Positions 1 to 6,780 are shown, counted from the stretch's first letter. The stretch: DNA of 10,919 nucleotides from an uncultured cyanobacterium (GCA_963765575.1 CAVXWZ010000006.1:1-10919); one strand, 5' to 3'. Numbers and translations: made by a program. The notes: a model not told the origin generated them from the sequence alone.

Positions 1-240
1 AGAGGGGCTGGATCTGGCCTGGACCACGCCGCACTGGCTGAGCTGTTGCGCGTGAGCCGCAGGGTGGTGCGCCTCTATCCCGCCCACACGATCGAACGTC
101 AGGCTCGCCGGCACCCCTTCGCTGAGTCACTTCTGGCTGAACTTCCTCCCCGCTGGAGCAGCCGGTTCGCCTCAACCCGCTACGACCAGGGGCATGACGG
201 CCAGACCGAGGTACTTGAACTGCATCGTTGCCCGGGCTGA
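1..240 (+). CDS. 3' part of a probable class I SAM-dependent methyltransferase (truncated by the window edge)
   Basis: Frame 1 is open from base 1 to TGA at 238-240: RGAGSGLDHAALAELLRVSRRVVRLYPAHT...YDQGHDGQTEVLELHR. The 'H.AL.ELLRVS..VRLYP' motif and the terminal 'Y.Q.....L.L' resemble the C-terminus of a bacterial SAM-methyltransferase family. The SAM-binding motif I lies outside the window. Confidence 0.55.
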   Translation, partial: RGAGSGLDHAALAELLRVSRRVVRLYPAHTIERQARRHPFAESLLAELPPRWSSRFASTRYDQGHDGQTEVLELHRCPG

Positions 241-247
241 GCCTGTG

Positions 248-445
248 CTAATCAGTGGCGTGCGCTCTTCTCTGAGCAGGATGTGGGGGATACTTCTGGC
301 CTAGACGCCACAGCTCATTGCAATGGCGATCCGGCTCCACCGCGCGCAGCCGACAGACAAGATTGAATAGATCCTGAGGCGCCAGCTCACCGTTATCCTG
401 CCAGCTCAGAGCAGCGGTAGGGATTGAGCGGTGCATGGGAGACAT
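248..445 (-). CDS. small hypothetical protein (65 aa), picocyanobacterial type
   Basis: ATG start preceded by a T-rich leader. It converges on the upstream gene with a 7-nt gap. The 'LSWQDNGELAPQDLFNLVCRL' motif resembles small Synechococcus/Cyanobium hypotheticals as I recall them. Confidence 0.6.
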   Translation of the reverse strand: MSPMHRSIPTAALSWQDNGELAPQDLFNLVCRLRAVEPDRHCNELWRLGQKYPPHPAQRRAHATD

Positions 446-446
446 C

Positions 447-485
447 GAAAAAGTAATTAGAAAAAAGTTAGGGAAAAACCTGCGA
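447..485. promoter_or_regulatory. AT-rich leader/promoter element with three A-tracts at 13-nt spacing
   Basis: A5 at 448-452, A6 at 461-466 and A5 at 474-478, immediately 5' of the ATG at 445 (minus strand), in otherwise GC-rich DNA. Confidence 0.4.
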
Positions 486-658
486 CTTATGAGCCACAGG
501 CGATTGAATCATGTGCGACTGGCGCGGCGTCCTCAGGCTCCAGTCATGAGCTGCTGAGACTGATCAACCAACTGGTTGTGGCGTTGGAGGTAGAGCCAGG
601 GAAGCTCATGAACACGCCACTGGATGATCCGGAGTCTGTCACTCCTGGGACGTAGGCC

Positions 659-1348
659 TCAGGTCCGAACCTGATCCGGGTTAGAGGAGGCTGCGGCGGC
701 AGTGAGCAACTGCTCGGCCAGGTTGTCCGGGTCGGCGATGGCATCGATGCCAGGGCCGGCACTGCCCAGCAACTGGGGATTGGTGCAGAGGTTGTCCAGC
801 AGGCGGGCCAGGAACACATCGTGGTCCTGCAGCATTGCGGGGTCCAGGTGTCCGCGGCGTCCGCCGATGCACCAGTTCAGTGTTCCTGCTGAATCGCTGA
901 TCAGCACGGCCGGCCGCTGGGTGAGGGTTTCGTGAACCCGCACCTGATCCCTGCTTCCAAAGAAGGTGTCGGCTTCTTCGCCGGTGCAGCGGATGAGATG
1001 AGCGGCCCGTGCCAGAGGCTGGAAGCGACGCAGCACCTCGGCAGTGGGTGGGGACTGGGGCGGCAGGTGCCAGCGTTGGGGTTGCCAGTCCACATCGAGA
1101 GCCACCGAGATGCCGCTGGGTAGGGCACGCTCCAGGATCATGCGGAGAACCTGTACGTCGCGGGCATCAATCAGCGCATTGCTGGAGATCAGCAACCAGA
1201 AGGACTCCCTGATCTCAGGCAGCAAGGCCTCGGTGATGGCAGCCGGGCTCTGAACGTTGGAGCCTTCGTGCAAGGCCTGAGAGAGATTGAACACCGGGGT
1301 GTGAAGTTCGGCCTGAGCCGTGCCGGTGATTGCAGTGCTGGGGGGCAT
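659..1348 (-). CDS. PfkB/ribokinase-family (fructokinase-like) protein, degenerate, probably catalytically inactive
   Basis: 229-aa ORF. WLLISS...GISVALDVDWQPQRW...PLARAAHLIRCTGEEADTFFGS...PAVLISDSAGTLNWCIGG aligns by eye with the central part of picocyanobacterial fructokinases (ALDVNWRP.FW, LLKL..EEA.WFFG, VVVTDG..V.W.IGG). The N-terminal GG/lid region and the DTTGAGD signature are missing. Confidence 0.7.
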   Translation of the reverse strand: MPPSTAITGTAQAELHTPVFNLSQALHEGSNVQSPAAITEALLPEIRESFWLLISSNALIDARDVQVLRMILERALPSGISVALDVDWQPQRWHLPPQSPPTAEVLRRFQPLARAAHLIRCTGEEADTFFGSRDQVRVHETLTQRPAVLISDSAGTLNWCIGGRRGHLDPAMLQDHDVFLARLLDNLCTNPQLLGSAGPGIDAIADPDNLAEQLLTAAAASSNPDQVRT

Positions 1349-1403
1349 CGTGATTGAAGCGGAGTGAACTGAGTGGCGGGCAGGGGGACCACAGCGCCGG
1401 CAA

Positions 1404-1754
1404 TCAGCCCTGCTTCATCACAAACTCATGGAAACGACTGGAAAGATCCTGAAAGAAGTTATCGCTCTGCTGAAGAAGGGTTTCCCAGCTCTCCAGGGTG
1501 GCTTGCTGGAGCCCCTCCAACTGGACACGGGCCTGATCACGGGCTTGACGCAATTCGGCAAGCCGCTTCTCGGACTCACCACGAACGCTTTCGGCAGCGC
1601 TGTCCAGGTTCTGCTGCATCTGCTCGACCTGCGCGGACCAGGCCTCAATCTGGGCATTCTTCTTGTCGAGGATCGCCTGCCGGAGCTGTTCATTGGCGCG
1701 TTGCTGATCCACTTCGCTGTTGGTGGTCGGCATCGGGGTCTGGGTGTTCGTCAT
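1404..1754 (-). CDS. Sll1863-like coiled-coil (stress-response-type) protein, 116 aa
   Basis: ATG at 1754 is preferred over TTG at 1778. 'KKNAQIEAWSAQVEQMQ...EKRLAELRQARDQARVQLEGLQQATLESWETL' matches the pattern 'K.EAQL.EW.A.I..L...L..L..K....R.KL..L..A...AWE.L' of small coiled-coil proteins of the Sll1863 type. Confidence 0.7.
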   Translation of the reverse strand: MTNTQTPMPTTNSEVDQQRANEQLRQAILDKKNAQIEAWSAQVEQMQQNLDSAAESVRGESEKRLAELRQARDQARVQLEGLQQATLESWETLLQQSDNFFQDLSSRFHEFVMKQG

Positions 1755-1896
1755 GGGTGTTGTTCTGGATGTCAACAACGGATAGGCCCCGGCCTATGGC
1801 GGTTCGGAAACCTGCAGGCCAGTGCCAGATCATCACCAGAGGGTGACGGAATTGATGCAATGTGCTTCTGAAATCCAGTCAATCGAGCGCCAACTC

Positions 1897-1938
1897 GGTC
1901 ACTGCCACAGCCGGTGGGGTCAGTGCCACAGCCGTTGG
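1897..1938. repeat. 21-bp tandem direct repeat (2 copies, 19/21 identical)
   Basis: GGTCACTGCCACAGCCGGTGG (1897-1917) is followed directly by GGTCAGTGCCACAGCCGTTGG (1918-1938). Confidence 0.85.
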
Positions 1939-1991
1939 CCAGCGCAGGTTGTCGATATGGATCGGAAGCGGACGCTGTATCCGTTATTTCG

Positions 1992-2019
1992 ACCATAACA
2001 CAGGATGAACAGTTGTCAA
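1992..2019 (-). promoter_or_regulatory. putative sigma70-type promoter firing leftward
   Basis: The minus strand reads TTGACA (2019-2014), a 16-nt spacer ending TGT, then TATGGT (1997-1992). This is a perfect -35 box plus an extended -10 (TGn-TAnnnT), located in the divergent intergenic region. Confidence 0.55.
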
Positions 2020-2096
2020 CACCCTGGGCCGTCAGCAGTGAATCATCGCGATCGACCACTCCAGTTAGGGTCTCCAAGAGCCGTCATGACTGCCTG

Positions 2097-2615
2097 ATGT
2101 CTGTCTTCTCTTCGCCCGCAACGCGCTGGCTGACTGCAGGCTTGCTGCTTGTCTCAGCCGTTCTGGCTCTGGCGTTGCCGTTTGTCTCTGCCACCGTGCT
2201 CACCATCGTGATCGGCGGAGTGGCAGTGGCCGCAGGGATAGCTCAGGGGGTGAGGATTTTCGGCGAGATTGATTGGAGTGGCAGAGTCTTTCGCCTGCTT
2301 TCGGCTCTTCTGTACATCGCCGGCGGGATTGGGATTCTGGCTTTTCCTCTGGCCAGTGAGGTGAGCCTTACCCTGTTCCTCGGCATTCTGCTGGCCTTCC
2401 AGGGTGTCATGGAGCTGGCAACTGCCGCTGCGGCCCCAGGACCCGCCCGAGGTTTTGTGCTCGTTGACGGCATCGTCACCAGCTTGCTTGGAGGACTGCT
2501 GATCGCCGAGTGGCCCAGTGACAGCCTGTGGGCAGTCGGGACACTGCTTGGGGTGGGCCTGGGAATTTCAGGGATCAACCTGCTCAGCGCTCCGGCCGAT
2601 CCACGGCAGAATTGA
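2097..2615 (+). CDS. HdeD family / DUF308 acid-resistance membrane protein (172 aa)
   Basis: The ATG at 2097 starts six hydrophobic helices in two repeats: 'ALALPFVSATVLTIVIGGVAVAAGIAQ', 'LYIAGGIGILAFPLASEVSLTLFLGILLAFQGVMEL' and 'DGIVTSLLGGLLIAEWPSDSLWAVGTLLGVGLGISG'. The last contains the typical HdeD 'WP..S.W.IG.L.G..L..SG' motif. Confidence 0.88.
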   Translation: MSVFSSPATRWLTAGLLLVSAVLALALPFVSATVLTIVIGGVAVAAGIAQGVRIFGEIDWSGRVFRLLSALLYIAGGIGILAFPLASEVSLTLFLGILLAFQGVMELATAAAAPGPARGFVLVDGIVTSLLGGLLIAEWPSDSLWAVGTLLGVGLGISGINLLSAPADPRQN

Positions 2616-2646
2616 GACGTCGAGCAAGGCCAGAACTGGGCCGGCG

Positions 2647-2814
2647 ATAGGCAAGCAGCTCGGCTTCTCTGATGACCAGCAGGCCATCGCCACAGAGCGC
2701 ATCGAGAAGAAGAAGCTCTGCAGCGATCCAGCGATAGGAGAGCTTCTGCTTGAGTTGCCCGCCATGCACCGTTTTGTGGAGATCGACCTGATCAGCGACC
2801 ACAACCCAGATGAG
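2647..2814 (+). pseudogene. IS5-family transposase remnant (N-terminal fragments, internally deleted)
   Basis: The frame reads IGKQLGFSDDQQAIATERIEKKKL|CSDPAIGELLLELPAMHRFVEIDLISDHNPDE. This matches two non-adjacent parts of cyanobacterial IS5 transposases as I recall them (GKQLGFSDYE.TTAKK.TKREKFL and LSDPAMEEALIEVPTMRRFAGIDLISDRIPDE). There is no intact start, no DDE domain and no terminal inverted repeat that I can see. Confidence 0.78.
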
Positions 2815-2969
2815 ATTGGAGTGGCAACCACCTCCGTGAATGTGCTGGCTGCGATGGCGAATCTGTTCATAGATCACCACCATTGACTTGTGGTATCTCA
2901 CGGCCTTGGAAGGGCATGACCAGCTGCATTCGAGATACTCTATGAATCTTTGTCTAGCCCTTGGCCCTG

Positions 2970-4150
2970 ATGCAAATCCAGACCCCCCTGCCCTGGGCGC
3001 TGCTGCTTTCCTCGCTGATGGTGGCGGCCGCCAGGCCCGCCATGGCAGAAAATCGGGATCCGCAAGGGCCAGGTGCTGAAGTCGTCGCGGCGTCCCTGCA
3101 CGACGCGGTATCCGCCAGCTCCGGTCCGTGCCCCGAGAAGCCCGTCAAGCCAGAGGATCCTGCGGGCAGGGGGGGGGCGATGCCAAGGCCGTGCCAGAGA
3201 CCTGTCAGGCGCAGCAACCCCCGTACCCGGAGAACCCTGACCCCGAGCAGGACCCGGCCCCCGAACCTGCCACCTCCCCGGCTGATGCTGGCGCTGCTGC
3301 AGCGAGCCTCGGCGCCGCCGCCCAGAACCCGATTGCCAGCCTGATCAGCCTGCCATTTCAGAACAGCACCACCTTCGGGCTCAATCGACCGGGCCTGTTT
3401 GACACCCAGAACGGTGGCTTCGGTGATCAGTTCAACTTCAATACTGAAGATCTCGACATCAGGCCCGGCAGGCTCAAGCCTGGGCAGCTACGGCGCACGA
3501 TCCGCAGGCTGAGGAGCTACGAGGACGAAACCCTGAATGTGCTGAACATTCAGCCGGTGATTCCGATGTCCCTGAACGACAAGTTCACGCTGCTGACGCG
3601 CACGATCCTGCCGGTGGTGAGCAAGCCCACCGTGCTCCAGGGCCAGGTGTGGGGGCTCGGCGATCTCAACCCCACCTTCTTCCTGGTGCCCAAATCCAGT
3701 GGGCCCTGGACCCTGGGCCTCGGCCCCACCTTTCAGCTCCCCACCGCCACCGATGATGTGCTGGGCACGGGCAAGTGGTCGGCTGGTCCCTCGGCGGTGG
3801 CGGTGTACACCAAGGGCCCCTGGGTGGCGGGCGGACTGGTGAGTCAGATCTGGTCTTTTGCCGGAGACAGCGACCGGGGGGATGTGAGCTCCCTGCTGAT
3901 TCAGCCGTTCATCAACTACAACCTTCCCAAGGGCTGGTTTCTCACCACGGCTCCGATCATCACGGCCAACTGGGAGCGACGCGAGGACCAGTGGACTGTG
4001 CCCCTCGGTGCCGGCGTGGGGCGCACCTTCAAGCTGGGCAAGCAACCCGTGGTGCTCACGGGGGAGGTCTACGGATTTCCGATCAAGCCTTCGGGCGCCG
4101 GTGATGTGATGGCCCGGCTCACCTTCAAGTTGTTGTTCCCCACCCGCTGA
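2970..4150 (+). pseudogene. outer-membrane beta-barrel protein (family often annotated 'neuromedin U'/transporter), frameshifted at a G9 tract; may be a sequencing error or phase-variable
   Basis: The signal peptide MQIQTPLPWALLLSSLMVAAARPAMA|E lies in the 2970 frame. The conserved body (AQNPIASLISLPFQN, LNIQPVIP, GLGDLNPTFFLVP, LGTGKWSAGP, QIWSFAGD, QPFINYN, WTVPLGAGVGR, KLLFP) lies in the 3128 frame. Adding one G in G9 (3169-3177) fuses them into a 393-aa protein. Confidence 0.8.
3169..3177. repeat. G9 homopolymer at the frameshift junction
   Basis: gcaGGGGGGGGGcgatg. It is the longest homopolymer I noticed in the window. Confidence 0.9.
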
Positions 4151-4171
4151 CTGGCCCAGGGCTGGCGGTGA

Positions 4172-5855
4172 TCAAGACTCCGCATCTCTGCGGCTGTCGA
4201 CCAGGGCCTGGAGCCCCGCCTCCAGCGATGGCGAGAGCTGAATCTGCAACCCCTCACCACCCAGGTGCAGATCCCGCTGGGGGAAGGGAACGGTGATGCC
4301 GTGCTGCCGCAGCAGCGCCTCGATGCGGAAGTTCAGGTCGCTCACGATCTCGTATTGCCGCCGTGGCTCGCCGGTCCACACCAGCAGGGTGAAGTTGAGC
4401 GAGCTGTCGCCGAAGCTGCTGAAGAACACCTGCGGCGGTGGTTTGACCAGCACGCCGGCATTGCCGTGGCAGGCGGCGATCAGGGCCTCGCGCACCGCCG
4501 TGGTGTCGGAGCCGTAGGCCACCCCCACCGGCACCTGCAGCCGCGACACCGGGCTGCCATGGCTCCAGTTCACCACCCGCGATTCGAGGAATTCCGAATT
4601 GGGCACGATGATCGTCACCCCATCCAGGGTGGTGACCTTGGTGCTGCGCAGGCCGAGGCTGACCACGCTGCCCTGCAGATCGCCGATCTCCACGAAGTCG
4701 CCCACCTGGATCGGACGCTCGAAAATGATGATCAGGCCGCTGAGGAAGTTCTTGCTGATCCCCTGCAGCCCGAGGCCCACCCCCACCCCGAGCACGCTGG
4801 CGAACAGGGTGAGGGAGGTGAGATCCAGGCCCCAGAGCTGCAGCAGCACCAAGGTGCCCACCACCAGCAGGCCGTAGCGGGCCACGAAGGCCACCGCCTC
4901 CTGCCCCCCGGCGCTCATGCCCGTGTAGCGCAGCACCCGTTTGCGCAGCAGGCTCTGCAGCACCCCCACGGCCTGGGTGAGGGCCACGAACAGCAGCACC
5001 AGCACCACCACGTCCTGGAGGGAGTAGCTGCGCGCCCCCAGGGGCAGGAACGGCACCGTCAGTAACCCCTCGGCGCCCGCCACCGCGCCGGCACTGAGCC
5101 GTCGGCTGGCGGGGAACAGGTTCATCACCGCCGCCGTGGTGCCCACCCACACCCCCGTCTGCAGCAGCAGCAGGGCCACGCGCAGCAGGAAGCGGCTGGA
5201 GCGGTCGCTGCGCTCCCCATCCATGGCCAAAGGCGCCAGGGCGCGGGGGAACCGTCGCTGCCACAGGCGCCGCAGCAGCAGGTGCAGGCCCGTGGCCGCC
5301 AGCAGGAAGCCCAGCGCCACCGGCAACATGCGCAGCCAGGTGCTCGGGGCTGCGCTCGCGGCGGGCGGTGGCGATGGCCTGCTCGAGCTGGCGCCTCCAC
5401 AGCTCCGCCTGGTCGCTGGCCTCGAGGCCCTCGGCCACGTCCCGTTCGGTCACCGTCACCAGGGTGCTGCCGTTGAGGCTGAGCACGGGCAGGTTGTTGG
5501 TCTGCCGCACCTCCAGCTGCACCGGCTGGCCGGAGGCCACGGCCTCCTCCAGCCGCTCGTTCACGGTGGCGCTGCGCTGCTTGGCGCTGAGGGTGCGCGA
5601 CGGCCAGAGCTCAAACAGCTTGCGGCCATCCAGCACGATCGCGGCCGAGTCGGAGGCCGGGTTGGTGCCCACCGCCAGCTCCGCCCGGGCCGGGGCCAGC
5701 AGAGCCCTGGCCGGCATGCCGCCAACGCCGCCGCCCAGGATTCCGCCCAGCCCGCTGGCGAGCAGCAAGGCCAGCAGGAAGCTGAGCAGCCAGCGACGGC
5801 CTGCGGTGGGGCGAGCGCCGGCAGCGGAAGCAGCCAGCCACCTGCGCGCTGTCAT
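4172..5855 (-). pseudogene. mscS: MscS-family mechanosensitive channel with N-terminal periplasmic domain, frameshifted near 5336-5349
   Basis: The C-terminal frame (5329-4172) carries MscS motifs: GVGVGLGLQGISKNFLSGLIIIFERPIQVGDFVEIG, GLRSTKVTTLDGVTIIVPNS, VGVAYGSD, FGDSSLNFTL, GITVPFPQRDLH. The N-terminal frame from ATG 5855 has a signal/TM segment and the cyanobacterial periplasmic domain (IVLDGRKLFEL...LVTVTERDV...AIATARRERSP). Removing one base restores a 560-aa ORF. Confidence 0.85.
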
Positions 5856-5951
5856 GGCATCTCGGCAGTGGTCCCAGGGTAGGAACCGATCCGGCTGCCT
5901 CCATGCCGGCCCCATCCATGACAGCCTCAGCGGCAACCGCGACCCGAGGCG

Positions 5952-6557
5952 ATGGATTGGCTCGAGCAGGTGCTGCCCCTGCTGCGCTCCCCCCTGGGCG
6001 CCGTGGTCTTCGTGCCCCTCTACGCCCTCTGGGTGACGCTGCTGCTACCGGGGGTCTGGGCCTCAATGCTCGCCGGCGCCCTCTATGGCGTCGGCTGGGG
6101 CAGCCTGGTGGTGTTCGTGGGTGCTTGTCTGGGCGCTGAAGCCGCCTTCCTGCTGGGCCGTGGCTGGCTGCGCGACTGGGCCCGCCGGCGTTTGGCGGCG
6201 GCACCGAAGCTGCAGACGATCGAGCAGGCCGTGAGTCGTGAGGGGCTGCGGCTGGTGCTGCTCACCCGCCTCTCCCCCGCCTTCCCCTTCAGCCTGCTCA
6301 ACCTCGCCTATGGGCTCAGTGAGGTGAGCCTGCGTGACTACAGCATCGGTCTGATCGGCATCGTGCCGGGCACGATCCTGTTCTGCGGCCTGGGGGCCCT
6401 GGCCGGCGATGTGGCCCGCTTCGGTGAGGTGCTCTCCGGCGAAGCCAACGCTGCCACCTGGACCCTGCGGGTGGTGGGGGTGGCGGCCACCGCGGCCAGC
6501 GTGCTGCTGGTGGGCCGGGCGGCACGCCGGGCGCTGGAGCAGCCCGAGAGCCGCTGA
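5952..6557 (+). CDS. TVP38/TMEM64 family (DedA/SNARE-associated) membrane protein
   Basis: LYALWVTLLLPGVWASMLAGALYG...GACLGAEAAFLLGR...LVLLTRLSPAFPFSLLNLAYGLSEV, typical DedA-superfamily motifs; 201 aa. Confidence 0.93.
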   Translation: MDWLEQVLPLLRSPLGAVVFVPLYALWVTLLLPGVWASMLAGALYGVGWGSLVVFVGACLGAEAAFLLGRGWLRDWARRRLAAAPKLQTIEQAVSREGLRLVLLTRLSPAFPFSLLNLAYGLSEVSLRDYSIGLIGIVPGTILFCGLGALAGDVARFGEVLSGEANAATWTLRVVGVAATAASVLLVGRAARRALEQPESR

Positions 6558-6585
6558 TCAGGGGTGGGCTGGCCAGGGGTCGTCT

Positions 6586-6747
6586 TCAGTCCGCAGGGTT
6601 CGGCAGCGGCCAGTCGCGGATTGCCGCCGCCAGCACGAACACACCCAGCCACAGCCGGGCCAGGGCGCCGGGCCGCGCCGCCAGTTCGGCGTACTTGGCC
6701 CGACCGCAGTCGGTTTTGATCCAGCGGTGCACGGCCGGGGTGGACAT
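6586..6747 (-). CDS. conserved small picocyanobacterial protein (53 aa)
   Basis: ATG at 6747 gives MSTPAVHRWIKTDCGRAKYAELAARPGALARLWLGVFVLAAAIRDWPLPNPAD, with one hydrophobic segment. It is hidden as the tail of the antisense ORF 6586..8748. I recall the 'WI.TDCGRA.Y..LA.R' motif from small Synechococcus proteins near ligA. Confidence 0.75.
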   Translation of the reverse strand: MSTPAVHRWIKTDCGRAKYAELAARPGALARLWLGVFVLAAAIRDWPLPNPAD

Positions 6748-6780
6748 GGCGGGATGCGGGGGCGTTGTGTTGCGCTCACT

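Noticed and set aside
1428..1871. 147-aa Leu-rich + strand ORF
   Set aside because: Antisense mirror of the Gln/Glu-rich coiled-coil gene, which has the recognisable family pattern.
1897..1938. Tandem repeat as a CRISPR array
   Set aside because: Only two abutting copies, no spacer and no cas genes in the window.
1772..2077. 101-aa ORF with a repeated GCG.D motif
   Set aside because: The repeat simply reflects the 21-bp tandem. The ORF has a TTG start, spans the predicted promoter and has no family resemblance, so a RiPP-like precursor is not supported.
1914..2096. 61-aa N-terminal extension of the HdeD ORF
   Set aside because: Not family-like and covers the divergent promoter region. ATG 2097 gives a typical HdeD length.
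2568..2901. Minus-strand ORFs 2568..2870 and 2584..2901
   Set aside because: They are antisense to the IS5 remnant, overlap the hdeD 3' end and carry no motifs.
2883..2945. TTGACT and TGTGG-N4-TCACG as promoter or CRP/FNR site for the barrel gene
   Set aside because: No -10 box at a suitable distance from TTGACT, and the half-site spacing does not fit CRP (N6). Too weak to call.
4254..5335. C-terminal ~360 aa of ORF 4254..5936 as an overlapping gene
   Set aside because: Gly/Ala/Arg/Pro-rich off-frame reading of mscS after the frameshift. Long stop-free alternate frames are common at this GC content.
3488..5882. Opposite-strand ORFs over the barrel and mscS genes (3488..4045, 4265..5065, 5136..5882)
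   Set aside because: Shadow ORFs of well-supported genes in high-GC DNA.
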